Below the pieces are notes generated by a model. That model was not told where the DNA came from. It searched no databases and saw nothing but the letters and a program-made list of their open reading frames with translations. Shown here in pieces: positions 47,616 through 60,194 of a stretch of DNA of 64,000 nt (positions are counted from its first letter, which is position 1; each line of letters starts with the position of its first letter). Source of the DNA: Carpediemonas membranifera BICM (Eukaryota; Protista; Fornicata); the NCBI GenBank assembly GCA_019828565.1, contig JAHDYR010000012.1, positions 1,669,780-1,733,779 on the forward strand, read 5' to 3'. Position numbers and translations under genes: made by a program.

Positions 47616-50600
47616 ATAACCTCCATTTATCCCCTTATTACCTATTTTGATGTTGTTATTATTATTGGTGCAGGCACCAGATGACGGCAATGGCTGTGAA
47701 GAAAAAAGCACCAGAACTCGACAACGAAGCCTCGTTGAGGCCTCTAATGGCCATATTTCGACAGTACTATGTAATGAACGCGAAGAAGTCCCCATGTTGG
47801 GCAAAATACGAAACCGAAGGTCGTTTGACCCAAAGGTGCACCGTTTGATTGTTTCAAACTGGTTTGTTTTCATTTGACGGCCTATACTGGCCGTGGAGGG
47901 GCAGTGTCCCCGGTAAGGATCCATTTTACATCAGCGCGCAATTTATCCAGTGGTACCACACAAAATATTTGAATCTCAGGAAAAGATTTGAGACATTGTC
48001 AGTGCGCGTAGCGACACCGACGAGAAGGTCAGACATAGCCCATCTCACTGCCAATGAGATGGACTGCGGCGCGAGCGGCGTGGCAACCGTGAACAAAGCA
48101 GTTGACTCTTCGACAAATCCTCACTAGCCGTACAGTCACACCGCTTGAGGTCGTGCCCATTTGGGCACTGAAGGGGCAGTGTAGTGGGTCTTACCCAATA
48201 CTTACATAGTTTATGACTTATAGATTACACCATATTTGCAACCATTGGGTTTTCTCTTTATTAAAGTTCTTTCCCTCCTCCAGTAGGAGCACAGCTCTAT
48301 CTGAGCGTAGTCGTGGTGTGAATTCACGCTGCAAAGAAAAAGGCTCGTATCTCGCCGTTGAGGCCTCGTTGAGGCCTGAAAATGCCATTTTCAGCACTAA
48401 CCTGATTAATGGCGCAAACAGTTGGAAAGGGGCGGTGTTTCACCATCGTTGTGCTTGGATGGCCATAACCTGCACCCAAGCATTTTAAGGTACGTCACAT
48501 TTCGATTTTCGGCGAGGAAAAGCCGAGGAGGGGCAGAACCCCTATGGTAGGATCCTTCTAACCCAGCGGTACCGCGCGATTGTAAGCCGTGCTATTTTGC
48601 ACGTCGTTGTGCTTCTTGTTGTGTCCCCGCCAAGGTCGCAAAAAAGGGGCTCGATCGGTGGTTGGCACCCACCAGGACCGGCCCCCAAGAGCCAACATTC
48701 ACCCCCACTGGCAGTAGCCAGCCGTCAAAGCTCACGCTGTCTGGGGTCATGCCTCATTGAGGCATGGAGGGGCAGTGTCATGGGTCTCACCCAAGATTAC
48801 ACAGATTTATATATGATATTAGTTAGTCAAGGAGTTTCTCCTCGACACCATTGTGTCGAGTCTTCTCCTCTTGTAAACATAGTTCGTCAAACGAACCACA
48901 AGGCCGCACGGAGGATGGTTCAGAACGAAGAGAATAGAAGTAGGAACATGGAGCAGACGGCAAAGAAGAAGAAGGACGAGGGCCAGAAGCGCGCGGCGGA
49001 CATACAGAGACAGCACCCGCAGTCGCCGGTGACCGCTGGGCTGTGGGTGTTCGTGGACCGGGACGCTGAGATCCGCAAGAAGTACGACCTCAAGTGGCGC
49101 GGGCCGCTGAAAGTGATCAGAAAGGTGCCCGGGAAGAGCAACTCGTACATCGTGAGAGACCCGGAGACAAGGAAGACGTACAAGAAGCATGTCAGTCACT
49201 GAAGGTGGCCGAGGGAGAATGGAGTGAGGAGAAGGCCAAGATCGCTTGCGCGCTTGACAGAAGTCAGGCGTATATTAAGGAGATCGTAGACTGGAGGGTA
49301 AGGAGAGACGGCAACAAGACGCCTGAAGTGAAGTGCAGGTGGTTGGGATTCGAAGCTAGCGAAGATACCTGGAGAGTGGCAACAGATGAAGACATGCGGT
49401 CCAATATCGTGTTATTGAAGTACATGGAGGATCACAGCCAGCTAACCAAGTGCATTGAGGACCATTTTTTCAGAGTCGATCGGAGTCAGGAACGGAGGAG
49501 GGCCACTGAGAGGGAGGGGTAGTGAGATTAACGTGTTATGTAAGGAGAGGTATCGGTTTAGACCATATTAGCCATAGGGTGAAACCTGTAAAGCATTCCG
49601 AGCCGCGGTTCCGTATTTCAAAAAGACAGGATGCAGTTTATGTCGTGCTACAACATTGTGGGCGTATGAGCTCTGTGATCAGGTACTAAGAACTAGTCTG
49701 CCTTTATAGGGTTAACCTCGTAGGTGAAAGTGGTCTAAACTACAGGGCTTTGAATTCATCACTACCCCTCCTTCTTCAAGGCTCGGCTTCAATTCTGATT
49801 ATCTTTTGATTGACTAGTAAGACGAGCCTTAAGGTCTGTGTAATTCGATATCGCTTCGTCTAAGTCTGGATGGAGCTGTCTGTACTGCATAAGCGGTACG
49901 TTAGACTTCATATCTTCATCTGTAGGATCTCTCCATGTGTCGTCCGACGGCTCGTATCCTAACCAGCGGCATTTCACCAGTGGTGTCCTCATAACGTCTT
50001 TCTTAACCTTGTGCGTCACTATCTCCTTGATATAGGTGTGCATCCGATCCTTAGCGCACTCAATCTTTGCCTTCTCTTCGTCCCACTCACCTTCCGCCAG
50101 TTTCAAATGTGCAACATGCTTCACGTACGTCTTGTTCGTCTCGGGGTCTCTAACCACGAACGAATTCTGATTCGTCTTTGCCTTCTTCACAACCTGGAGC
50201 GGTCCTCTCCACCGCAACTGGTATTTCTCCCGTGTCTCCGCATCTCGGTCCACATATACCCAAGCCTTCACGCAGACACGGGTGGGAGTCTTCTTTGCGT
50301 GTCCTTCTTGTTTCTTCTTAGCATCATCGTATGCTTTGCGAGCGGCGTTCTTCCTCTCCGTGTCGCGTTCCCTCTCGCCCCTTACCATCTGTTCAACCTT
50401 CGTCATGTCTTCTCTTCCTCGTAAGTTGGACCCGTCTTGTCCACGTTGGTCTCGTGACACCATCAGCTTCCAGGGCGAAGTGCTGGTGGCGGTTGCCCTT
50501 GCTTGGTTGATGATGTTCTGTACCGTCGGAAGCACGCTCAGCCACGCCTTCGACTGTCTTTGGTACATCTCATCACGGAGGTGCCGGTTCACTTCACGGT

Positions 50601-51026
50601 TCCTCCGTTCGACCATCCCGTTCTCTTCGTGGTGGTACGGGGACGTTGTGCTGTGTCTGCTACCCAGGCCGGCTGCGAACGCCTTGAATTCGGCTGAGTC
50701 GAACTGTCGGCCACCATCTGTCACCCATTCTAGCGGTGGGGGAAGTGTGTAAGATACCTCTCCCTGATCGCCTGGATCGTGTCTGCTGATGAGACCGTGC
50801 GTAGCGGGCACATCGTCGTCCACCTTGTGGTCTCTTCGACCAGGACGAGGATGTTCTTGAATCCCCGGTCAGGCTCCGCCATGACAATCGTGTCGGCGTA
50901 CACGCGACTGAATGGTGCCGCAGGGAGTCTCACTTGCTCCTGGTAGCTGTCGGGTGTGTGTCGTTGCCGTCCCTTCTGACAAATCGTGCACTCCTTGACC
51001 ATCCTGCTGACGTCGGCCTCCACTGT

Positions 51027-53573
51027 CGGGAGGAGGACATCAGAAAGACGGCCTTCACCACACCGATGGGGCTGTTCGAGGCCACGCGGCTGCCTTTTGG
51101 GCTGAAAAACGCCCCAGCGTTCTTTCAAGACGCGATGAACACGATCTTTCGCGAACTGATCGACACGGGAAAACTGCACATATACATAGACGACTTCCTC
51201 GTCAAGGCCCACAGCGATAAGGAACGCCTAGAGACACTCAAGCGCCTACTCCAGATCGCCGCCGAGTACGACCTCCGATTCAACTTAGACAAGGGCGACC
51301 TCGCGAGCGAGGAGGTGAACTGCGTCGGATACTTGATATCCAAGGACGGGATCAGGATGGATCCAGCGAGGATCGCGGCAGTCCGCGACATGGCCAAACC
51401 GACTGACCTCGCGAGCCTGCGCCGTTTCCTCGGCGTGGCCATATTCTTCACGAGGTTCGTGCCCGACCTGGCCTCCATACTCGCGCCACTCACAGCACTT
51501 ACGAGCAAGTCGAAGATGGTCAAGCGAGACTGGGACGACACTCACGACACCGCGTTCACACGGGCGAAGGAGGCGATCTCAGGCGCACGCATTCTGGCCG
51601 CCCCAGATTACACACAACCCCTCGTCGTCCGGACGGATGCCAGCAACATAGGCGTCGGCGGAGTCCTGCTACAGATCATCGACGGCGAGGAGCGACCCAT
51701 CACATTTATGTCGAAGAAACTCACGGCAGCCGAGCAAAACTGGACCGTGGGGGAACGTGAAGCATTCGCGATAGTCCACGCCGTCCGCCTGTGGAAGCCA
51801 TATCTAGCAGGGACGCAGTTCGTCATCCAGACGGACCACGCAAACCTGCGCTTCACTGAGAGATCAGCCTCTGAAAAGATCACCAGATGGAGGATGGAAC
51901 TCCAGCAACACGATTTCATCATAGAATACATCCCAGGCAAGCTTAACGACGTAGCAGACTGCCTCTCGAGGGCATTCCGCCTCCAACGGGTAAGGAAGCC
52001 ACCACAGCGTCTAATGGACGACGAATTCGTCTCCTTCGGGGAATCCGCGGACGCAGACGAGGAACAGGAGACAGAAGACGCCTACGAGGGCACAGACGCG
52101 GAAGACGGCGACGAACAAGCGCTGGACGACGAGGCGTCGAACATCATCCAGGACGCGGCCCGTCCAACCGCAGCGACGCTCGAGGAGACCCTGGCCCAGG
52201 CGCACGGCATCGAGACGGGGCACCAAGGAGTCAACGCGACCATACGCCTCATGAAAGACGCCGGCCACTCATGGCCGGGGATGCGAGCCGCAGTCGTCGA
52301 CTTCATCCTCCGGTGCCCAGTATGCCAAAAGAACATGGCCCGAGGAAACATCAAGGTCCGGCAGGGTAAGATCCCCCGCGACACACCATTCGCACGGGTT
52401 GCGATCGATACTGTCAAGGTCACGCCGACATCCCGCTCCGGCCACAAGTACATCATGGTGATGGTGGATCACGCCACACGCTACACCGAGATATACTCGA
52501 CAACCAACAAGACAGCCGAGGACGCCGCGGCAGCCTTGCTCCACTGGATCGGACACCACGGACCCATGGAGACCCTCCACAGCGACCAGGGCACAGAGTT
52601 CAAAAACAGAGTGGTCGCAGCCCTACTGAAGCCGCTCGACGCGTCACATCACACAACCTTCAGCTATCATCCACAGGCAAATGGGATTAACGAACGAACG
52701 AACCAGACCGTGGTGAAGCTTCTCAGAAGAGTTTGCAGCGACTGGGGCACATGGGAGGACTGGCCGATAGCACTGCCCATCATACAACGCCAAGTCAACA
52801 CAAGCTACCACAGGTCCATAGGAACGACCCCGGACCAGGCGGCGCACGGCATAACGTGGAGACCGACGAACGCACTCCAGCTCATCGGTATACCGACGAC
52901 GCTCGAGACGGAAGACCTCGACTCACTCAACGAAGAGATCCGACAGCTGATACTGAAGAAGACCGCGATGATCGCCGAGAGAGAGAGGAAGGAAGAGGAC
53001 GAGACCGAGGACGCTGAAACGATCGAGACAGGCGACTATGTGCTCCTGCTCCCGCCCCACGGCGACGGAAAGATTCGGAACATCTGGAAGGGACCTTTCC
53101 AAGTCAAGGAGCCACACGGGCCCTTCGGATTCACCATATCCGACTTGACAGACCCGCAGAGAGAGCTGACCGTCCACCGCGAGCGAATCCGCAAGTTCCA
53201 CGCTGGACCGCTTTCAGTCGAAGACCTGGTGCAGCTCGCAGCCACCGACGGCAACGAACGGCTGATTGACTCCATCCAAGACCACCGCACGACTCCCGAG
53301 GGACGTCGCGAGTTCCAGGTACGCTGGTTCGGACTCGCCGACGGTGAGGAGACCTGGGAGGACTTCGACACCCTCCGGGACACCAAGCCACTCGCGGACT
53401 ACCTTGAGGCTCATCCTGAGTCGGTCGTGGGGAGGGCATCTGTCGCAGGCGCAGCCGGCGCAGCCCGACTTATGACGACCTTAGACTGCGCGAGTCGTGG
53501 AGTCACGCAGGGTGACTCCACGTGAGTCACTTCATCGGGAATAAACCTTTATGCACTCAGAGCTCACACCACA
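51027..53573 (+). mobile_element. Element J: 5'-truncated Gypsy element (RT, RNase H, IN, chromodomain, PPT, 3' LTR ~53441-53573) inserted antisense in I
   Basis: KTAFTTPMGLFE, YIDD, TDAS, VRWFGLADGEETWE. PPT GGGGAGGG is followed by TGTCG..CACCACA, after which the RNase H of I resumes on the minus strand. Confidence 0.85.
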
Positions 53574-55369
53574 CCTCCTTTCTATACGTACTCCACTTAC
53601 GCTGGCTGGTGGTAAGTGCCTTGGAGAAGAAGCTGACCGGTCTCTTGGTCCCATCCTCCTCCACCCGCACCAGGACCGCGCCAATTCCGGTATCCGACGC
53701 GTCTGTGTACAGTTGTAGTCTGTCGTCTGGGCCTGGTGTGACCAGCATCTGGGGTGACGTGATGATCTCCTTCAGGCGCTCAAGGGCTTGTGACTGCTCA
53801 TTGCCCCATGCGAACTCTTGACCTTTCAGCTCCAACTTCCGCACCTGCGCCGTGATGTCGGCGTATCCGGGAATGAACTGCGAAAAGAAGTTGAAGATCC
53901 CTAGCGTGGACCTGACGTCGCTTACGTTCTTGGGGTCCGGTAGATCGAGGACACCTTGAATGGCTTCAGGAGGGCTGGGCCCTCAGCGTCGCCGAAGCAG
54001 TCAGAGTACCGCTCGATCCAGTCTTCCGATAGCTTGGCGAGGATCTCGATCGGGTCCGCCTCGGTGTCGAGGTTGCGGTTGATCAGCCCGAGGCTGTCAA
54101 TAAGCCGATACCCGATGAGGATCCCTTCTGCGCCGTCCATCACGTACCACTCTGGTGTAGTGGTGAGCTCGCGGTCGAGGTGCAACGTGACTGGTAGTTG
54201 ACCGTCAACGGCGTAGATTCGCTTCTGGTCGCCGTCCGCTAGTCTGACCGACCTCCCCCTCTGGACGGTCTTGACCCCATGTGCTGCAGCCCAATCCCGT
54301 GGGATGATGTTGTAGGACGCGCACGTGTCCATAAACAACAGCTCCTCTGACCCTGCCACCGTCGCCATCTCTCTCCACACCGTAGAACTCGACAAGATGA
54401 AACACTTTGAGCCTTTTACAGCGGGGCACTCGTTAGACTTGTGCCCGAACTGGCCGCACCCGAAGCAACGGGGCTCCGGGTGGGGGCATCCAGCCGCTGT
54501 GTGGGCCGTCGAGCCACAGTTGAAGCAGCGCTTCTTCTTCTCCTCATCCTCCTTCCTCTCGTGGCGGGTCTCGGCTCTCTGAGTCTGTGTCAGGGCTGGC
54601 TTGGCCCGTGCGGCCGGGACCAGGTCGAAATCGCGCATGGCGTCGGCTCTCTGTCTGAGATATTTGGCGACAAATCTCAGCGAGGCCTTGGCGGTGGGCT
54701 GTGCCCGAACCACACTGCGGGCGTTGGCCCCGAGGCTATGGGCGGCAAGGGCCTCCAATATTGCGTCCTGTAGCTCCTTCTGGTCGAGTGCAGTTTTGGC
54801 CTCTGGCGAGTTTTGTACCGCGAGGAACTCTGGCAAAGCGCTGATATCGCCATCGGCGTTGAATTCGTAGGAGCGTGCTGCACATCGATGCCAGCAGGTA
54901 TTACCGCCGCTGTCTCACGGACCATGCGGCGCCACAACTCATCTCTTGCCCTTGACTTGGTCCTCTTCTTCTTCTCGTCGTCCTCTCTCTTAGTCATGTA
55001 TCGAAGCAGTGCAGTGGAGGTCCCTTTGCCATCTTAGCGTCATCTTCGTCCTCTGATTCCTCACTGTCGTCATCACTGGCATCGGTACCGCTCTGCTCGT
55101 GACCAGTCTCGTCCTCCTCATCGTCATTGCTGACATCGCTGCTGTCGTCGCTGTCGTCTTCTTCTTCGTCTTTCATGGCTTCATAGCTGTCGATGATGAT
55201 GGACCTGACCGGTCCCTTGATGCAGGCAAAAAGGCTCTTGGGCTTCATAGCAGCCTCAGCATATAGCTTGTACTCGTGTTCGAAGGTAACCCACGTCTCC
55301 GCTGAATGCTTGGAGTAGGTCGGAGACCTTCCGTTCTCCGTTTCCTCATCATCTTTTCCCATCGATCGT

Positions 55370-55379
55370 AGTAATTACT
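55370..55379. promoter_or_regulatory. Palindrome at PBS position of I: AGTAATTACT
   Basis: Perfect 10-bp palindrome overlapping the 5' LTR end. Confidence 0.85.
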
Positions 55380-55500
55380 GTGATCAGGTACTAAGAACTA
55401 GTCTGGCTTTATAGGGTTAACCTCGTAGGTGAAAGTGGTCTAAACTACAGGGCTTTGAATTCATCATTAGAATGTGCACTTTATGTCGTCTACAAACATG

Positions 55501-58500
55501 TGTCGCCACAATGGACTTATGTGAACAGGGTGCAGTTTATCTCACACTACATTCCCCTCCAGAGGAACTAGTCCAGTCTGTTGGCACGTCTGTGACCGGA
55601 CTGAGGCTTGGCCTCGAAAGCCTTGATCGCACGGTCAAGGTCAGGGTGAGATGAACGATAGTGGGTGAGAGCGGAGAGCGTCTTGATCTCAGTGTAACGC
55701 CGCTCGCTGTCTTCATCTGATTCATGCCCAAGCCAGTGAACAGTCAGAACTGGCTCGAGAGTGTCGGCTTCAAGACGCCAACCAACGATAGAGTCTACGA
55801 CACCCCCAGACAGTGTCGGACATGAACGCAACCTTGGCCTCTCCAACAGAGGGCTTACGAGGAGCTTTAGCGAGTCTGTTCGCATGACGCTTGATGATGA
55901 CCTTGGTCACAGGATTCTATCAGGCTGTAGGTATCAGGACCGTCAGCGGCTCCTGTCACCAGATAAGGTCCGCGCAAGTGGAACTCAAGACGAGGTACAG
56001 GCTGGTCACGCTTAACCAGGACCCAATCGCCGATATTGAGCTGCTTCGAACCGAATCGAGGGAAATGCTCATCCTTCCACCTCCTCCGGTGAAGCTGAGC
56101 TGCCTGTAGCTTTGGCAATAACGCTCTTAGCAGCGCGCTCCCTGCGTCTCGGCAGTGATATGCGATCTGTCAGGGAGTGATAGGTTCGCCGTTCTCAACA
56201 GCGTGATGGACAAGTGCAGCCGAAAGAGCAACCTCTCTAGGCGTAGCGCCTCCCAGTGACACACTGGGGTAAAGCATTGATGTTAATCTCCGCTTGGGAC
56301 ATAGAATTGCGCCATTGGTGGCGCGGACAATCAGATAACGTTCCAATAGCGACCCTAAGGTGCTTGTTGGCCTCCCGGTTAAATCTCTCAACGAGGCCAT
56401 TTGCCTCGTGCCTTTCAGGCGTAGTTACGCGATGGTAAATGCCGAAGGTAGCGCAGAAGGTCTTAAAGTCATGGTTGCAAAAACTGAGTACCACTGTCAG
56501 TTACAATCTGGTCGGGGCACGCCCAACGCGCGATAATGATCGACCGGATTGCCATAATAGTCTCGCGAGCCTCGGTGCTCTTAAGAGGGATAAGGTGGGT
56601 GAGGTGGGAACCTCCGTCAACGCATGTCATGATATACCGGTAGCCCGAGTCCTCAGGAGTTATAGGTCCGATAGTATCCACGTGGAGCGTGGCCAACGGC
56701 CTGTCAGCTGGCAGCTGGCGCTCGATGTACATGACATTTGGTTGAGCACGGTGTGAGCGCTGACATGTCACACACCGTTCTACATAAGACTCCACGTCCT
56801 TTCGAGCCCCAGTCCAACTGAGTCCGGCAACCTCCAAGAGGTGTAGGGTGGTGTCTACTCCGGCATGATGCCTGCTGTGCACAGACTGGAAGCGAGATTG
56901 CTTGATGTCGTCAGTCAGAACAGCGTTCTCCCCAATATACATGATGGGAAGCCTTGACAGGCTGTCAGCCGTGTTGTCGCGCCCAGGGATATGCACGACT
57001 TCATAGATGGGGAAGCGGGCCATCTCTAAGGCCCAACGAGTGACCTTGGGCGTCGAGGATGCAACCATCGACACAAGGCATGAGTTGTCAGTGTGGAGTG
57101 ATATGGGCGTACCAATAAGCATAGGACGGAAGCGCTCCAGAGCAGCGAACACAGCCCACTGCTCTTTCTCGACAGTCTTCCAGACACACTGCTGTTTGTC
57201 AAAGCGGCGTGAAAAGAATGCCAAAGGGTGGCCATCCTGCACCAGGACGGCACCAACGCCCACGTTGCTCGCGTCAGTATAGAGATCGAGTGGCTTGTTG
57301 GGATTGAAATGATAGAGTGTGACCGCCTCACTTGCAGCCTCTCTCAAACACTCAAGGGAGTGGCGTCTCTGCTCAACTGAAATCGTCTCCCCGGCCTTAA
57401 ACCTCTCGAGAGGGTCTGCCTTTCCGATGTAGTCCGGTATAAATCTTCTGATAAAGCTAAAAACCCCCGAGCACATGTTGTGCTTCGGACTTGTTCAGAG
57501 GGACACGGATATTAGTCAATGAGTCGAGTCTGGATGGGTGGATCGAGACCCCCGTTCCAGACACAACAGAACCCAGATAATCAATTTGGGTTAAGCCAAT
57601 GTGAGACTTGGGCCCCGACAGCCGGATTCGATGATCACAGCAGACGTCAAACAGCTCCTCAACCACAGAAAGGGAGGTCTGCAGCCGAGCCTGCGTAGCA
57701 GAGTACGTCATCAACAAAGATCAGGCACTTAAGCTTGTACTTGCGACGCAGACCATCAAGTCTGGACTGAAAGATCATAGGCCCATTCATGAGGCCAAAG
57801 GGCAGACGACGGAAGACATATCTCTCGCCACGATGTTCAAAGCCTGTCGCCATAGAGGCCTGCTCGGTCAGATTGAGCTGATGGAAACCCGAGCGGAGGT
57901 CGAAGCAGGCAAACACCTCGGAGCCTCGACATGCCTCGTAAAAGCTCTTCCACAGTTGGCATAGGATGTTCCTCGACCTCAGTAGCCGCGTTAACATGGC
58001 GGTAGTCGAGAATGGGTCTGAACGGTGGGTTCGCGGAGGGCTTACCAACCATAAACACGGGGAGAGCCATTTCAGGTCAGCAGCTGTGCTCTCGATGGTC
58101 CCGTTATCAAGCATAGACTCAATAAAGGTATCCATGGCCTCGAGGTGGGCCTTGTTCCGGATAGGTCTCATGATCTGGGAGGGGACGATGCCATCCTTCC
58201 AGATAATGTCAAACTCTGCCAAATCAGCTCCCGATGGGTGCAACGGACCAAAGAGCTCACTATGCTTCTCGCACAGTGCATGGAACTTAGGTGCAAGATC
58301 ACCGAGGTTCGAATCATGGATAGTAGGAAGAGTGTAGCCGCCGACATATAGGTTAGCTAACTCAACAAAGTCGTTGACCGGATCTGTCGAAGGAGTCTTA
58401 TCCTCCTCCGGCTCTGGCTTATTAACGCCAAAGGACAGTCCTACTGCACGCATGGCAGTCTTACCCAGGATGAGTGCCGTGGGTAAGTCAGGGATAATAA

Positions 58501-60190
58501 CAGCATCAAGCTGTCGGCCACGCACCGGGAAACAACCGGGCATGGAGACAATAGGGCTCAGCGTCGTAGTACCAACATAGCAGCCACACTGGCCATTCCA
58601 GCTGTTGACGTGGCCCTCGGCCGGTGTAACGGTTAGACCCAGGCGTTCAGCCGCCTCAGGCCTCATCATAACGGCAAACTGCTTGGCACAAGAGTCGGCC
58701 TCTGCAACAACCACAGGACCGCCGTGACGTGTGCTAACCTCGACGAGGAAGTCATCGTAGGTTTCAGGCAGCTCAGTCATCATGGGTTCAACATAGATAC
58801 CCGAGTGCTCAGCCTTCGGGATAAAACCATTGTAAGAGTTCTTGTTGCGTGTCGAGCGCCCTTCAGTCTTGACTCGGTCAGCGATGGACTCCAGAGTCAC
58901 ATTGTGCGCCTTCATAGCAGCTAAAGCAGTCTTACAAGGCTGCTTGTCGAGATCCTGAGCTCTCCGGACATGGTTCATGAGCTTGGGGATGGTAAGGACC
59001 TTAGTAATGTCGGCTTGCTGCTTTGCATTCGCAGCCTGTAGGACGTGGCAGTCACTGCTACCGTGGTCGTCGACGAGGTGGAAGCAACAGAATTTCCCAC
59101 CGGAGTTCTTCGGGCCTGCGGTCATCGCCCTCGGAGCGATGTCTCCCTTAACAGTACGGGAGAAGGGCTTGGACTGAGTGGAGATGGGGGTCACAGCCTC
59201 CATGACTCCATCAACTCTACGTAGAAAGTCGCGAAGCTCAGTGGACTTCTTGAGGGCCTCGCTAATCAAGGTGTCAACAGTCACAGTATGATCGAGTATG
59301 CGCCGAGAGTACCCCGTGCCAAAGAGGTAGTTGAGGGTGACGTCATTCGGGGCACGCACTCCTTCGATGAGGAGCCTCTTAATCTCACTTCTTAGACCAT
59401 GGTCATCGGAGCACTGAAGCGAATCCAGGGTCTGGCGGAAGGCCAATAGGAATGTGATGGTGGACTCGAGCGATTCGAGCCTTGTTCCGTGATTGACCTG
59501 CGACACAGCCGCCAAGATAGCTAGAGCATCAGAATCCGTCATCTTAAGTTCCTGACGCAAATAGTCAAGGTAATTGTCGGCCTGCTTACCGAGGGCTTCG
59601 GTCTTGGATAGGGCCGTCTCCTTAGGGAGAGCGAGCGAGTGCTCTATGGTCTCCTCCATCGTCGTCAAATAGTTAGCTCTTGCCTTCGAGAGCTTGTCTT
59701 CACGCTTAGCCTTAGCATCAGGCGTCTCCTCATCGGGAACAATCTGAAGAGTAGTAATATACTCCTTAAGCATGGTTACTGTTCGAGAGAGCTTCGTGAA
59801 ACGGTCAGATGAACCGTTATACATCTTCGATGAGAGGTATGGCTCTATCTCTTGGGCCAAATACGACACGAGTTCAGTAGCAGAGGTGAACTTTCGTGTT
59901 GATGAAGAGTCGGAATTGGGCAGAACCTTCAGCTCCGCCGTGGGGTCATGAATGGTGGCTAAGAAAGCCAATGCGGATGCGTTCGATAGAACCTTCCCAA
60001 GTGTCAGCACGTTCTTGTTATCACTGAGATTGTGATTTTTCAGTAGGAGGATCCAGTGATTCCATGCAGCATAATCCCGTTTGTTAGGGGGATCCTTCAA
60101 AGCTGATATGTCCATGTTCTTAATAGCAGTAGAAGCTTCTGTCGCCACAATGGACTTATGTGAACAGGGTGCAGTTTATCTCACACTACA
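55501..60190 (-). mobile_element. Element K: chromodomain Gypsy element with 51-bp LTRs; gag-pol from ATG 60115 to ~55568, multiple frameshifts
   Basis: Identical LTRs at 55501-55551 and 60140-60190. TSD CATG. PPT GGAGGGGAA. CCFHLVDDHGSSDC, RT FVDD, VHWLGHESDEDS. Confidence 0.93.
60131..60140. promoter_or_regulatory. Palindrome at PBS position of K: AGAAGCTTCT
   Basis: Perfect 10-bp palindrome overlapping the 5' LTR end. Confidence 0.85.
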
Positions 60191-60194
60191 CATG

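Larger units (their letters stand above)
42396..48293 (+). mobile_element. Element H: uninterrupted B/D-clade Gypsy element, 114-bp LTRs; gag-pol 42529-46448 (frameshifts at ~43430 and ~45690)
   Basis: Identical LTRs at 42396-42509 and 48180-48293. TSD GCTC. PPT GAAGGGGCAG. Pol is highly similar to that of D. Confidence 0.95.
22076..48900 (+). mobile_element. Element D: B-clade Gypsy element hosting five nested insertions (DNA transposon, E, F, G, H)
   Basis: The 125-bp 3' LTR is at 48776-48900. The 5' LTR is the same sequence split into 22076-22111 and 23764-23852. TSD AGGC. PPT GGAGGGGCAG. Confidence 0.93.
7945..49620 (+). mobile_element. Element A: 5'-truncated outer chromodomain Gypsy element, split into ~7945-8802, 20123-22075 and 48905-49620 by insertions B and D
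   Basis: Two CCHC knuckles (~8020-8130) and protease LLDSGA. The RT reading VLADKKG|GDKRLCVDY resumes after B. It continues with YIDD, RNase H, integrase and a chromodomain (KCRWLGFEASEDTW), then PPT GAGGGAGGGGTAG and a 3' LTR at ~49523-49620 resembling the LTR of element I. Several frameshifts. Confidence 0.85.
49674..55466 (-). mobile_element. Element I: A-clade Gypsy element, 88-bp LTRs, RT core deleted and interrupted by J
   Basis: LTRs at 49674-49761 and 55379-55466 (1 mismatch). Flanks GCTC and TTAG do not match. Gag with 2x CCHC and protease MDTCA, then a jump at ~53955 into the RT thumb/RNase H region. Integrase and chromodomain at ~51025-49789 are similar to A. Confidence 0.88.

Noticed and set aside
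47895-47912. GGAGGGGCAG-TGT as the start of an additional LTR
   Set aside because: There is no matching partner repeat or TSD. It is treated as part of the conserved structured region.
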